From Cereibacter sphaeroides 2.4.1 (lineage in GTDB: Bacteria; Pseudomonadota; Alphaproteobacteria; Rhodobacterales; Rhodobacteraceae), in contig NC_007493.2 in NCBI RefSeq assembly GCF_000012905.2, positions 600,001-632,000 on the forward strand: 32,000 nt of DNA, in the 5' to 3' direction. Of this stretch, positions 1 to 9,587 are shown in pieces. A program made the position numbers and the translations under genes. Within the stretch, counting starts at the first letter, position 1; each line of letters begins with the position of its first letter. Under the pieces are notes generated by a model. That model saw nothing but the letters and a program-made list of their open reading frames with translations, had not been told where the DNA came from and searched no databases.

Positions 1-269
1 AGCGTGCCCTTGCCGTCGCCCCCGGTGCCCACGATGTCGATGGCGCCGTGCGGGGCGCGCACCTTGTGGCACTTGGCCCGCATGACCGAGGCGGCGGCGG
101 CATATTCGTCCACCGTCTCGCCGCGGGTCCGCAGCGCCATCAGCAGGCCCCCCATCTGCGCGGGCGTGGCCTCGCCCTCGAACAGGCACTCGAAGGCGAA
201 CTCGGCCTCCTCGCGGCTGAGGGGGCGGGTGGCCGCGGTGCCGATCAGGGGCTTCAGCCGGTCGCTCAT
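1..269 (-). CDS. trpD: anthranilate phosphoribosyltransferase, N-terminal part (gene runs off the left edge)
   Basis: Reverse-strand translation from the ATG at 269-267 gives [56 protein letters not shown]...[13 protein letters not shown], a TrpD N-terminus with the GTGGDG motif. Its ATG overlaps the trpG stop (ATGA at 266-269). It is absent from the ORF track because the window edge truncates it. Confidence 0.9.
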   Translation of the reverse strand, partial: MSDRLKPLIGTAATRPLSREEAEFAFECLFEGEATPAQMGGLLMALRTRGETVDEYAAAASVMRAKCHKVRAPHGAIDIVGTGGDGKGT

Positions 270-853
270 GCCGTCACCGCAGCGCGGGCGCTGTCGAGGA
301 AGGTCCGCAGCATCTGGTGGCCGTGCTCCGAGGCGATGCTCTCGGGGTGGAACTGCACGCCCTCGATGGGCAGGCTCTTGTGGCGCAGGCCCATGATCGT
401 GCCGTCCTCGAGCCAGGCCGTCACCTCGAGGCAGTCGGGCAGGCTGTCCCGCTCGACGACGAGGCTGTGATAGCGGGTGGCGAGGAAGGGCGAGGGCAGG
501 CCCGCGAAGACGCCCTTCCCCTCGTGATGCATGGCGCCCATCTTGCCGTGCACGATCTCGTGGCAGCGCACCACCTTGCCGCCGAAGGCCTGCCCGATGG
601 TCTGGTGGCCGAGGCAGACGCCCAGAAGCGGGATCCTGGCCTCGGCGGCGGCGGCGGTCAGCGGCAGGCAGATGCCCGCCGCGGCAGGATCGCACGGCCC
701 GGGCGAGAGCACGATCGCGTCGGGATGCATCCCCATTGCGGCCTGCACGTCGAGCGCATCGTTGCGCCGCACCACGACCTCGGCCCCGAGTTCCCCCAGA
801 TAATGCACGAGGTTGTAGGTGAAGCTGTCGTAGTTGTCGATGAGAAGCAGCAT
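266..853 (-). CDS. trpG: anthranilate synthase component II (glutamine amidotransferase)
   Basis: The 195-aa ORF starts [23 protein letters not shown] and contains GVCLGHQ (catalytic Cys) and a C-terminal HPES motif. ATG at 853. It is translationally coupled to trpD. Confidence 0.93.
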   Translation of the reverse strand: MLLLIDNYDSFTYNLVHYLGELGAEVVVRRNDALDVQAAMGMHPDAIVLSPGPCDPAAAGICLPLTAAAAEARIPLLGVCLGHQTIGQAFGGKVVRCHEIVHGKMGAMHHEGKGVFAGLPSPFLATRYHSLVVERDSLPDCLEVTAWLEDGTIMGLRHKSLPIEGVQFHPESIASEHGHQMLRTFLDSARAAVTA

Positions 854-1031
854 CTTGCGGCACCCCGAGGCGATGTGGAGGATAGGGGGTGAACCCTTGC
901 GACGGTCGCGTTATACATGGGCCGAGCGGCGCAGGGGCGTCAAGGGGATGAACGGCGCAGTCAATGCGCGAAATGCCCCAGACGGGCCCGAAAGGGCCCG
1001 GCGGCGCAGGGGCGAGGGCAGGAGAGGCCAG

Positions 1032-2465
1032 ATGAGCCGGGGTTTCCTTTCGGGCGTGGTGATGGGCGGCATCGTGGGCGGGATCGGGCTCGCGCTCGCC
1101 TCGCAGATGGCACCGCCGCCGGGCACGACCTGGCCCGAGGCGCAGGCGGACGAAGCTCTGGCCGGGCCCGCACCCGACGAAGCGTCCCGCTCTCAGGCGG
1201 CTGCCGACGGCGCTCGGAAGTCCGACACGGCCGATCCCGACGCAGCACCCGCCGAGAGCGTTTCCGCGGGTGCCCGTGCCGCTCAAACCCCCGGGGCCGC
1301 CACCGATCTCGCGCCGCCGCCGGGCTCCGAGTTTGCGCGGCCGCTGCCCGATGCGGTGCCCGTCGTGCCGTCGGCCGATCGGGCGCCGGACCGGACCGAG
1401 GTGTCGGTGGTGGCGGCGCCCGAGGTGCCGGACGGCGGCGCGCCGGACACCGAGACCGCGGCGCGTCCACAGCCCCTGCCGCTGGTGCCCGCAGCCCCGG
1501 CCGCACCTGCCGCCGAGGCCGCGGCGCCGGCGGTGCCGGGGCTGACGGCCGCCACGCCGGCCCGCAGCGAGGGGGCGGCCCGTCCGGGCGCGCCGGCCGC
1601 CGAGGCGGATCCCTCGGCCGCCGACCTGCCGCCGCCACCGCCCCTGACGCCCGAGGAGGAGGCGATGCTGGCCGAGGCGGCGGGAGAGCCCGCGCCCGCC
1701 GAGCCCCGGCGCATCGAGCCCGACCCTCCTCGTGCCCCTTCCGAGGCGTCGCGCCTGCCGCGGATCGGCGATCCTGCGCCTGCGGCCGAAGAGGAAGAGC
1801 CGCCGCTCCGCCGCTATGCGCAGCCCTTCGAGAACCCGGGCCGGAAGCCGCTTTTCTCGATCCTCCTGCAGGACACGGGCGGCCCGCTCCTCGACCGCGA
1901 GGCGCTGGCGGCGCTGCCGTTTCCCGTCACCTTCGTGATCGACCCGCAGGCCCCCGACGCGGCCACGGCGGCGGGGATCTACCGCGCGGCCGGTCATGAG
2001 GTGCTGATGCTCGCCAGCGGCCTGCCCGAGAGGGCGCGGCCCGCCGACGCCGAGGTGACGCTCGAGAGCGCGGCCGCGGCCCTGCCCGAAGCGGTGGGCC
2101 TGATCGACCTGCCTGCGGGCGGCTTTCAGGAGGCGCGCCCGCTCTCGACGCAGGTGGTCGAGATCCTCGCCGCGCAGGGCAGGGGACTTGTCACCCACGA
2201 CCACGGCCTCAATGCCGCCGATCAGGTGGCCCGGCGGGAGGGGCTGCCCTCGGCGGTCGTCTTCCGCCGCCTCGACGAGGGCGAGGCGGATGCGGCCTCG
2301 GTGCGGCGCGCGCTCGACCGCGCGGCCTTCAAGGCGGCGCAGGACGGTCGGGCGATGGTTCTGGGCGACACGCGCCCCGAGACGCTGAAGGGCCTGATGG
2401 AATGGTCCCTCGAGGGCCGCGCCGATGGCTTGGCGCTCGCCCCCGCCACGGCGCTCCTGCGCTGA
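1032..2465 (+). CDS. divergent polysaccharide deacetylase (YibQ-like) family protein with N-terminal TM helix and long Pro/Ala-rich linker
   Basis: The C-terminal ~230 aa ([10 protein letters not shown]...[10 protein letters not shown]...[10 protein letters not shown]...[10 protein letters not shown]...[11 protein letters not shown]) resemble the YibQ/divergent polysaccharide deacetylase fold. I chose the ATG at 1032 because GGAGAGG lies 4 nt upstream and [23 protein letters not shown] forms a TM helix. The ORF track's upstream extension (834) and the ATG at 948 are alternatives. Confidence 0.75.
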   Translation: MSRGFLSGVVMGGIVGGIGLALASQMAPPPGTTWPEAQADEALAGPAPDEASRSQAAADGARKSDTADPDAAPAESVSAGARAAQTPGAATDLAPPPGSEFARPLPDAVPVVPSADRAPDRTEVSVVAAPEVPDGGAPDTETAARPQPLPLVPAAPAAPAAEAAAPAVPGLTAATPARSEGAARPGAPAAEADPSAADLPPPPPLTPEEEAMLAEAAGEPAPAEPRRIEPDPPRAPSEASRLPRIGDPAPAAEEEEPPLRRYAQPFENPGRKPLFSILLQDTGGPLLDREALAALPFPVTFVIDPQAPDAATAAGIYRAAGHEVLMLASGLPERARPADAEVTLESAAAALPEAVGLIDLPAGGFQEARPLSTQVVEILAAQGRGLVTHDHGLNAADQVARREGLPSAVVFRRLDEGEADAASVRRALDRAAFKAAQDGRAMVLGDTRPETLKGLMEWSLEGRADGLALAPATALLR

Positions 2466-2492
2466 GAGGAAGGCCGGCCGTCCGCCTGAGGG

Positions 2493-2518
2493 GAGAGACC
2501 GGCCGGGCAGGGTCTCTC
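2493..2518. terminator. GC-rich hairpin between convergent genes (GAGAGACC-N10-GGTCTCTC)
   Basis: Perfect 8-bp stem read directly. It lies between the deacetylase stop (2465) and the trpE stop (2629). No U-run follows. Confidence 0.3.
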
Positions 2519-2628
2519 AACGCGTAGGCCCGGCCGGACCGGGAACCGCATCGGCAGATGCCTCCGGGACGGCGTGACGGCGCGGACCTGTCAAGGCCCG
2601 CACGCCCGCGCGGTCAGCCTGCGGGACG

Positions 2629-4140
2629 TCAGCCGTTCCCGGCGCGGCGGGCGAAGAGGCCCGCATCCTCGGCGGCCCGGCGGAGCGCCCTGGCCTTGTT
2701 GACCGTCTCCTGATATTCGGCCTCGGGGTCGCTGTCATAGACGACGCCGCCGCCCGACTGGATGTAGAGCGTCTCGTCCTTCAGGACCGCGGTCCGCAGC
2801 GCAATGCAGAAATCCATCTCGCCGTTGGCCGCGAAATAGCCCACGCCGCCGCCATAGACGCCGCGCTTTTCCGGCTCGAGCTCGTCGATGATCTCCATCG
2901 CCCGCACCTTGGGCGCGCCCGAGACGGTGCCCGCCGGCAGGCCCGCCAGCAGCGCCGAGAGCGCATCCTCGCCCTCCGCGATCTCGCCCACCACGTTCGA
3001 GACGATATGCATGACGTGGGAATAGCGCTCGATGATGAACTTCTCGGTCGGGCGCACGGTGCCGATCTTCGCCACCCGGCCCACGTCGTTTCGCCCGAGA
3101 TCGAGCAGCATCAGATGCTCGGCCAGTTCCTTCTTGTCGGACAGAAGGTCGGCCTCCAGCGCGCGGTCCTCCTCGGGTGTCGCGCCGCGCTTGCGGGTGC
3201 CGGCGATGGGACGCACCGTCACCTCGCGGTCGCGCAGCCGCACGAGGATCTCGGGGCTGGCCCCCACAACCTGGAAGCCGCCGAAGTTGAAGAAGAACAT
3301 GAAGGGCGAGGGGTTCGTCTTGCGCAAGGAGCGGTAGAGCGCGAAGGGCGGCAGACGGAAGTCCTGCGCCCAGCGTTGCGACGGCACCACCTGGAAGATG
3401 TCGCCCGCGCGGATGTAGTCCTTGGCCTTCTCGACCGCGGCCTTGTAGCCCTCGTGGGTGAAGTTCGAGCGCATCTCGCCCACCTGCGCCACCTCGCCGA
3501 AGTCGCGCTGCGCGGGCGGCGCGCGGTCGAGATCGCGCAGCGCATCCATCACCCGCTCGGCCGCCTGCGCATAGGCGGCCCGCGCCGAGAGGCCCGACGA
3601 GACCCATGCGGGCGCCACCACGGTGACCTCGCCCTTCACCCCGTCGAGCACCGCCACGACCGAGGGCCGCATCAGCACCGCATCGGGCAGACCGAGCGGA
3701 TCGGGGTTGATCCCCGGCAGATGCTCGACCAGCCGGATCATGTCATAGCCGAGATAGCCGAAGAGGCCCGCCGCGATCGGGGGCAGGTCGGCCGGCATCT
3801 CGATCCGGCTCTCGGCGATCAGCGCCCGCAGCGTCTCGAGCGGGTGGCCTTCCAGCGGCTGGAAGGCCTGCCGGTCGAAGCGCGCCTCGCGGTTGATGCG
3901 GCTGTCCTGCCCGTGGCACTGCCAGATCAGGTCGGGCTTCATGCCCACGACCGAATAGCGGCCGCGGATCTCGCCGCCCGTCACCGATTCCAGCATGAAC
4001 GTGTCGGTGCGCGCCTCGGCGAGCTTCAGCATCAGCGACACCGGCGTGTCGAGATCCGCGGTCAGCCGGGCATAGACGATCTGGTTCTGCCCGGCCTTCC
4101 AGCCGCGCTCGAAGCTTTCGAAGGAGGTCACGAGCGACAC
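2629..4140 (-). CDS. trpE: anthranilate synthase component I
   Basis: The 503-aa ORF shows a TrpE/chorismate-binding signature (LESV, GDIFQVVPSQR, RPIAGT, GAPK, ERGVYGGGVGY). GTG start at 4140 with AAGAGG upstream. It begins 10 nt after the ppiD-like stop. Confidence 0.95.
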   Translation of the reverse strand: MSLVTSFESFERGWKAGQNQIVYARLTADLDTPVSLMLKLAEARTDTFMLESVTGGEIRGRYSVVGMKPDLIWQCHGQDSRINREARFDRQAFQPLEGHPLETLRALIAESRIEMPADLPPIAAGLFGYLGYDMIRLVEHLPGINPDPLGLPDAVLMRPSVVAVLDGVKGEVTVVAPAWVSSGLSARAAYAQAAERVMDALRDLDRAPPAQRDFGEVAQVGEMRSNFTHEGYKAAVEKAKDYIRAGDIFQVVPSQRWAQDFRLPPFALYRSLRKTNPSPFMFFFNFGGFQVVGASPEILVRLRDREVTVRPIAGTRKRGATPEEDRALEADLLSDKKELAEHLMLLDLGRNDVGRVAKIGTVRPTEKFIIERYSHVMHIVSNVVGEIAEGEDALSALLAGLPAGTVSGAPKVRAMEIIDELEPEKRGVYGGGVGYFAANGEMDFCIALRTAVLKDETLYIQSGGGVVYDSDPEAEYQETVNKARALRRAAEDAGLFARRAGNG

Positions 4141-4150
4141 GGGGGGCCTC

Positions 4151-6016
4151 TTACTGGAACTGGGCCTGAACCGCAGAGATGGCGGCGTCGTTGAGCGTGA
4201 TGCCGGCCTCCTGCATCAGGCTGTTGGAAAAGAGCGCGAGCGCATCCTGCGACAGCGCCTGCTCGATCTGCGCCGAGAGCGAGGCCTTGAGCGCCCGGGC
4301 CGCCTCGTCGTCGGCCGCCGCGGGTTCGACCGCGTCGAGCCGCAGGACGCCGGCGAAGTCCGCCCCCTCGATGGCGCGGAAGGCGCCCTGCTGCATCTCG
4401 AAGGCGGCGGGCACGAGCGTCTCGGGCACGCCCTCGACGAAGCCGTCGCGGGTCATCGGTCCCAGATCCTCGACCGGGCCGAAGCTGCCGAGGTCGGTGC
4501 CCTCCTCGGCGGCCTTGGCGATCTCGGTCGCGCGGGCGGCCAGCGCTTTGGTCAGGGCGTCCTTGCGGGCCGCTTCGGCCACATCGTCGCGCACCTCCTC
4601 GAAGGGCTTCAGCTTCGGCGCCACCACCTCGTCCAGCCGCATGGCCAGAAGGCCCCCGTCGTTCAGCAGGATCGTCTCGGGGAAATCGTCCTTCTGCAGC
4701 TTGTCGGCGGCCGTGCGGAAGGCCTCGTAGCCCGCGATGTCGGAATCGAGACCCGGCGCGTAATCGACGGTCGCGATCTCCATGCCGGCCTCGCCGGCAA
4801 GATCCTCGAGCGTGGCGCCTGCGGCCAGAAGGTCGTCGATCTGCTCGCGGCGGCCCGCGATGGCGCGGCCTGCGGCTTCCTGCTGATATTCCGTCAGGAG
4901 ATCGTCGCGCACCTCCTCGAAGGGCGTTTCATGCGCCGCGATCACCCCGTTCACCCGGAAGAGCGCCGGGCCGAGGTCGGTCTCGACCGGCCCCGCGATG
5001 CCGGGCTCGGTCAGGGCGAAGACGGCGTCCGCCGCGCCGCCGAGAGCGTCCCGCGACGCATCGCCGAGGTCGATGTCGGCGAGCTCCAGCCCGCGCTCGG
5101 AGACGAGCGTCTCGAAAGGGGTGCCCGCATCGAGGCGCTTGCGCGCTTCCGCGGCGGCCTCGGCCGTGGGGAAGACCAGCCGCTCGACCAGCCGCCGCTC
5201 GGGCTGCACGAACTCGGCGTGCCGCTCGTCGTAGAGCCGGCGCAGCGCCGCCTCGTCCGCGGGCAGGGTCGCGGCCACATCCTGCGGCAGCAGCGCGGCA
5301 TAGGTGATCCGCTTCGTCTCGGGGGCGGTGAAATCGGCCGGATGCGCCTCATACCAGGCCTGAAGCTCGGCATCGGTCGGTGCGGCCAGCGGCTTGGCCA
5401 GATTGGCCTCGGTCACGCGCAGCAGCCCGAAGCTCCGCCGCTCGGCGATATAGGCGTGGAGCGTATTCACCATCTGGGCCGGGGCGATGAAGCCGCCGCC
5501 CACCGCGCCCTGCAGGAGAGAGCGCGCCATGTCCTCGCGCAGGCCGGTCTCGAACTCGCCCTCGGAGAGGTTGTTCTGGCGCAGCACGAGCCGGTAGGTC
5601 TCGCGGTCGAACTGGCCGGAGGGGCCGTGGAAGGCGTCCGTGCCGGTGATCTCGCGCGCCACGCGCGCGTCGCCCACCGACAGGCCGATCCGGTCGGCCT
5701 CGTTCGAGAGCGCGGCCTCGGTGACGAGCCGGCGACGCACCTGCTGGTCGAGGCCGAAGGCCTTGGCCATCTCCATCGTGACCGGCTGGTTGATCTGCGC
5801 GCCGAGCGCCCGCATCTCCTGCTGGAGCGCGCGGGCATAGGCCCCGGTGGTGATGTCGCGGTCGCCCACGCTGCCGACCGTGCTGAGGCCGCCGCCGAAA
5901 TTGGTCACGCCGAAGCCGCCGAGGCCCACGGCCATCAGCCCGACGAGGCCCCAGAAGACGAGCTGCGTGCCCTTCTTCTTCGGCTTGTGGTGCTCGATCG
6001 ACGTCAGTTTCGACAT
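4151..6016 (-). CDS. ppiD: PpiD/SurA-like periplasmic chaperone, peptidyl-prolyl isomerase family
   Basis: From the ATG at 6016 the protein reads MSKLTSIEHHKPKKKGTQLVFWGLVGLMAVGLGGFG, an N-terminal membrane anchor followed by SurA-N-like and parvulin-like regions. GGAAGA lies upstream. The 34-aa extension in the ORF track was discarded. Confidence 0.8.
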   Translation of the reverse strand: MSKLTSIEHHKPKKKGTQLVFWGLVGLMAVGLGGFGVTNFGGGLSTVGSVGDRDITTGAYARALQQEMRALGAQINQPVTMEMAKAFGLDQQVRRRLVTEAALSNEADRIGLSVGDARVAREITGTDAFHGPSGQFDRETYRLVLRQNNLSEGEFETGLREDMARSLLQGAVGGGFIAPAQMVNTLHAYIAERRSFGLLRVTEANLAKPLAAPTDAELQAWYEAHPADFTAPETKRITYAALLPQDVAATLPADEAALRRLYDERHAEFVQPERRLVERLVFPTAEAAAEARKRLDAGTPFETLVSERGLELADIDLGDASRDALGGAADAVFALTEPGIAGPVETDLGPALFRVNGVIAAHETPFEEVRDDLLTEYQQEAAGRAIAGRREQIDDLLAAGATLEDLAGEAGMEIATVDYAPGLDSDIAGYEAFRTAADKLQKDDFPETILLNDGGLLAMRLDEVVAPKLKPFEEVRDDVAEAARKDALTKALAARATEIAKAAEEGTDLGSFGPVEDLGPMTRDGFVEGVPETLVPAAFEMQQGAFRAIEGADFAGVLRLDAVEPAAADDEAARALKASLSAQIEQALSQDALALFSNSLMQEAGITLNDAAISAVQAQFQ

Positions 6017-6213
6017 GGCATTCTTCCGGTTTGGGCGGTTGCGACTGTCTAGGGCCTCGGCGGCTCCGGGGCAAGACGCAGAGGGCCGCACGGCACAGGC
6101 CCGCAGGCGCCGCCTCACGCAATCCTGACCGCGGCGGCCCCGGCGCTCCGGCAGGCTGCTTGCTGCGGCGGAAGGCGGCGGCTAGGCTTTCCCCACTCAG
6201 ATCGGAGGTGTCG

Positions 6214-8196
6214 ATGCGCTGGCTGGTCCGTCTGGCGGCTGTGCTCTTCGGGCTCGCGGCCCTGTTCCTCGTGGCCCTCGTGCTCATGCCCCGCGAGCGG
6301 GTGGCCGAGCTTGCGGCCCGCGAGTTCGAGGCCGCGACCGGCCGTGACCTGACGATTTCGGGCGATGTGCGGCCCTCGATCTGGCCGCGCCTCGGCGTGC
6401 GCACGGGGCCTGTCACCGTGGCCAACGCGCCCTGGACCGACGAGGGGCCGATGCTCGAGGCGCGCTCGCTCGAGATCGGGCTCGACACGCTCGCGCTCAT
6501 GAGCGGCGCCTGGCGCATCAGCCGGATCGCGCTCGAGGAGCCGGTGATCCGGCTCGAACGGGATGCGGAGGGCCGGGCCAACTGGGATCTCTCGTCCCCG
6601 CCGCGCGGGGCGGAGGGCCGCGCCGCCGAAGGCCGAGCCAGCCCGGCGCCGGCCTCGGCCCAGGCGGGCTTTCCGCTCTTCTCGCTCGACGAGGGGCTGG
6701 TCACCGGGGGACGCGTGCTCTGGATCGACCGGGCGGCGGGCACCCGCACCGAGATCTCGGGGCTCGACCTGCGCGTGAGCCTTCCCGAAGCGGGCGGGCC
6801 TGCGGATCTCACCCTCTCCGGACAGGCGAACGGCCACGGCTTTGCCGTCGAGGGGCGGCTCGCCGAGGCGGGCACGAGCCTTGCCGGCCGCGTGGCGCCG
6901 GTGCGCCTGTCGCTGGTCACGGGCGCGGCCCGGATCGGCTTCGACGGCGAAGCGGGCAGCGCTCCGCCCATGGCCGAGGGCACCATCGACGCGGCCCTCG
7001 GCGATCTGGGCGATCTGGCGGCGCTCTTCGGTCAGGACCGCCCGACCTTGCCCGAGGGGCTGGGCCGGCGCCAGATCGCTCTGACGGGCGGGCTTACCCT
7101 GGCCGAAGGCGGCACGCTCCATCTGCGGAACGGGCAGGTGACGGCCGACAGCAACCGTCTGGCCGTCGAGGCGGACCTGATCCCGCAGGGCGAGCGTCCG
7201 AAGCTCGAGGCGAACCTGCGCGCCGAGACGCTGAACCTCGCGAGCCTTTCCGCCGGTGGCGGCGGCACGGGCGGCGGAGGCGGCGCAGGCAAGGGCTGGT
7301 CGCGCCAGCCCATCGATGTGAGCGCGCTTTCCGCGCTCGATCTGGGCCTTGCGCTCTCGGCGGGAAGCGTCGATTTCGGCCGGCTGAAGCTCGGGGCCAC
7401 GAAGGCGATCCTGACGCTCGACCGGGCCCGGCTGGTGGCCGACCTGCGCGAGGTCGCGGCCTATGGAGGTACCCTCTCGGGCGAGCTGATCGTGAACGGC
7501 CGGCAGGGGCTGTCGGTGGGCGCGGACCTCACCCTCGCGGGCCTGCAGACCGAGCCGTTCCTCGGCGATCTGGCGGACTTCGACCGGCTTGCCACGCAGG
7601 GCGACCTGCGGCTGAAGCTGCTGGCCGCGGGCCCGCACGAGGAGGCGCTGATGCAGAGCCTCTCGGGCACGGGCTCGGTCCGGTTCGGCAAGGGCGAGCT
7701 GCGCGGGCTCGACATCGCGCGGATGGTGCGGACCCTCGATGCGGGCTCGGTGGGGCAGGGGACCCGGACGATCTTCGACCGCATGGGCGCGAGCTTCACC
7801 CTCGAGAAGGGCGTGCTGCGGAACGAGGATCTGACGCTCGAGGCGCCGCTGATGCGCGCCACCGGCAAGGGGCAGGTGGGGATCGGCGCGCGGACGCTCG
7901 ACTATCGGCTGCTGCCCACGCTCCTGCCGCAGGCCGACGGCACCGGCGGGGTGAGCGTGCCGCTCCTCGTCTCCGGCCCCTGGGCCAGCCCGCGCTACCG
8001 GCTGGATCTCGATGCGCTGGTGCGCCAGCCCGTGGGGCAAAAGGTGAAGGAGCGGCTGGAAGAGGAAGCGGCCGAGCGTCTGGGCGTGGTGCCGGAGGAG
8101 GGCGAGAGCCTCGAGGAGGCTGCCAAGCGCCGCGCCCGCGAGGCCGTGCAGGGCGAGGCCGGACGCGCCCTCAACCGGCTCTTCGGCGGAAACTGA
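6214..8196 (+). CDS. AsmA family outer-membrane assembly protein
   Basis: ATG at 6214 preceded by GGAGG (6204-6208). MRWLVRLAAVLFGLAALFLVALVL is an anchor, followed by the AsmA-type N-terminus (FEAATGRDLTISGDVRPSIWPRLGV) and the conserved C-terminal AsmA region (LDYRLLPTLL...PLLVSGPWASPRY). Confidence 0.85.
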   Translation: MRWLVRLAAVLFGLAALFLVALVLMPRERVAELAAREFEAATGRDLTISGDVRPSIWPRLGVRTGPVTVANAPWTDEGPMLEARSLEIGLDTLALMSGAWRISRIALEEPVIRLERDAEGRANWDLSSPPRGAEGRAAEGRASPAPASAQAGFPLFSLDEGLVTGGRVLWIDRAAGTRTEISGLDLRVSLPEAGGPADLTLSGQANGHGFAVEGRLAEAGTSLAGRVAPVRLSLVTGAARIGFDGEAGSAPPMAEGTIDAALGDLGDLAALFGQDRPTLPEGLGRRQIALTGGLTLAEGGTLHLRNGQVTADSNRLAVEADLIPQGERPKLEANLRAETLNLASLSAGGGGTGGGGGAGKGWSRQPIDVSALSALDLGLALSAGSVDFGRLKLGATKAILTLDRARLVADLREVAAYGGTLSGELIVNGRQGLSVGADLTLAGLQTEPFLGDLADFDRLATQGDLRLKLLAAGPHEEALMQSLSGTGSVRFGKGELRGLDIARMVRTLDAGSVGQGTRTIFDRMGASFTLEKGVLRNEDLTLEAPLMRATGKGQVGIGARTLDYRLLPTLLPQADGTGGVSVPLLVSGPWASPRYRLDLDALVRQPVGQKVKERLEEEAAERLGVVPEEGESLEEAAKRRAREAVQGEAGRALNRLFGGN

Positions 8197-8322
8197 GCCG
8201 CTTATCCGACGAGCCCCGGGGGCGTCTGACCATTCTGGCCCGCGAGGGGCCGGCCGGCTTTCGGTTCAGGTCTCGGGCGGTCAGGAGAGGCCGGTGTGCC
8301 TAACCTCGCAGGCCGAGGCGGT

Positions 8323-8369
8323 GCGCAGGGCCGCCCCTGCGCGGGGAGGCGGCAGGTTTCCCTGCCGCC
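8323..8369. terminator. two adjacent GC hairpins between the convergent asmA-like and gcrA genes
   Basis: GCGCAGGG-CCGC-CCCTGCGC (8323-8342) and GGCGGCAGG-TTTC-CCTGCCGCC (8348-8369), both perfect stems. No U-tract. Confidence 0.3.
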
Positions 8370-8378
8370 GGTCAGGCG

Positions 8379-9002
8379 TCAGCGGCGCCGGTCGCGGCGG
8401 GCGCTCATCGGCTGGAAGGCCACGCCCACATGCGCCTCGCAATAGGGCTTGCCGGCCGAGGAGGGCAGGCCGCAGAACCAGAAGTCATCGGTCGCCGGAT
8501 CGCCGATCGGCCATTTGCAGGTCCGCTCGGTCAGTTCCATCAGCGTGAGACGGCGGGCGCGCTTCTCGACCTCGCGCACGGAGGCGAGCGCCTCGGGGCT
8601 GATCTCGTTGGCCGAGGGCTGCGGCGGCAGCGGCTGGCCCGCGGCCACAACGGGCTTGCGGATCGGCACCGGCGCCGCGGGGGCGGCCGGAGCCGGGGCA
8701 GGCCGTTCCGGCGCCGGGCGCGGCTCGGCGGCGCGAGGGGGCTCGGCCGGGCGGGCCGGCTCGGGACGCGGCGGAGCCGGGGGCGGGCTGGCCGGAGCCG
8801 CGCCCAAGGCCGGCGCCGCCTCTTCCTCGGCTTCCTCGCGGCTGCCGTTGCCGCCCACGCGGTTCGACAGGCCCAGACGGTGCACCTTGCCGATCACCGC
8901 GTTGCGGGTGACGCCGCCGAGTTCCTTGGCGATCTGGCTGGCGCTCTGGCCCTCGGCCCACATTCGCTTCAGGGTCTCGACGCGCTCGTCGGTCCAGGAC
9001 AT
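8379..9002 (-). CDS. gcrA: cell-cycle transcriptional regulator GcrA
   Basis: MSWTDERVETLKRMWAEGQSASQIAKELGGVTRNAVIGKVHRLGLSNR is the GcrA N-terminal DNA-binding domain. A Pro/Ala linker follows, then the conserved C-terminus (CKWPIGDP...FCG...YCEAH). Confidence 0.95.
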   Translation of the reverse strand: MSWTDERVETLKRMWAEGQSASQIAKELGGVTRNAVIGKVHRLGLSNRVGGNGSREEAEEEAAPALGAAPASPPPAPPRPEPARPAEPPRAAEPRPAPERPAPAPAAPAAPVPIRKPVVAAGQPLPPQPSANEISPEALASVREVEKRARRLTLMELTERTCKWPIGDPATDDFWFCGLPSSAGKPYCEAHVGVAFQPMSARRDRRR

Positions 9003-9197
9003 GCCGCAACTCCGCTTGAGGGTGGACCCGACCGGATGCCGGGCTTCCGCCGCTCCCCGCCTTCGGGGAGGAAGGGCGAGATTTACACCCGCCCCGCCCG
9101 TGTTTCAAGCCGCTCCGGCGCCGCGGCGCCTCCGGCCCGCCCCACAGGCCCCCGACCGGAGGCATCCGGCCGCCCTGCTTTCGCCGGAGATGTCGCC

Positions 9198-9335
9198 CCG
9201 ACGCCGCGCGAACACGCGGGCGCCGGATGCCGCGCAAACGAAAGGCCGAAGACCTCGCATCCGCCGACGCTGCGCGAACGGCAGGGATGCCCGCGCGTTC
9301 CCCGACGCCGCGCGAACGGGGAGACAGGGCATTGC
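9198..9335. repeat. three imperfect direct repeats with core CCGACGC(C/T)GCGCGAAC(A/G), in the gcrA/argD divergent intergenic region
   Basis: Cores start at about 9198, 9264 and 9302. Each is followed by a GGATGCC(C)GCGC-like or GGGCATTGC tail. Read directly from the sequence. Confidence 0.6.
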
Positions 9336-9587
9336 AGACCCTCTCCGCCGGGCCTCTCTTGCCGGGAGCACTGCCGACCCTCGGAAAAGCAGTGGACAGT
9401 CCGGCCGCACGGCGTTACGACCCATCGCATGACCTGCCGGACCCGCGCCCTTTCCGACCGACGTCGACGCTTCTGAGCGTCGCCCGCGCCTGCGCGCCTC
9501 TTCCGCCTGTCATTCCTTCCTGACACATCACGTTGACTTGGGGCGCCGCCTCTGGCACCCCTGTGGCTTCTCAAGGGACCCCTGCCG

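Noticed and set aside
834-1031. Upstream extension of the YibQ-like ORF, plus the other short overlapping ORFs at 911..1126 and 917..1999
   Set aside because: These are Arg-rich off-frame translations. The extension precedes a good Shine-Dalgarno/ATG at 1032 that opens directly into a TM helix.
6115-8040. 641-aa minus-strand ORF antisense to the AsmA-family gene
   Set aside because: This is a typical high-GC antisense open frame with Arg/Pro/Gly-rich, low-complexity translation. The plus-strand frame has the AsmA signature and a GGAGG-ATG start.
8430-9476. 348-aa and 327-aa plus-strand ORFs across gcrA and its upstream region
   Set aside because: They are antisense shadows of gcrA that continue into non-coding DNA. 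The translations are Arg/Gly-rich, and the repeated RRRANT/RRCANG peptides simply reflect the DNA repeats.
9553-9569. Sigma-54-like element TGGCAC-N5-TGGC upstream of argD
   Set aside because: The -12 element is TGGC rather than TTGC. The site would place the transcription start only about 10 nt before the argD ATG. No enhancer-binding-protein gene or upstream activator sites are evident.
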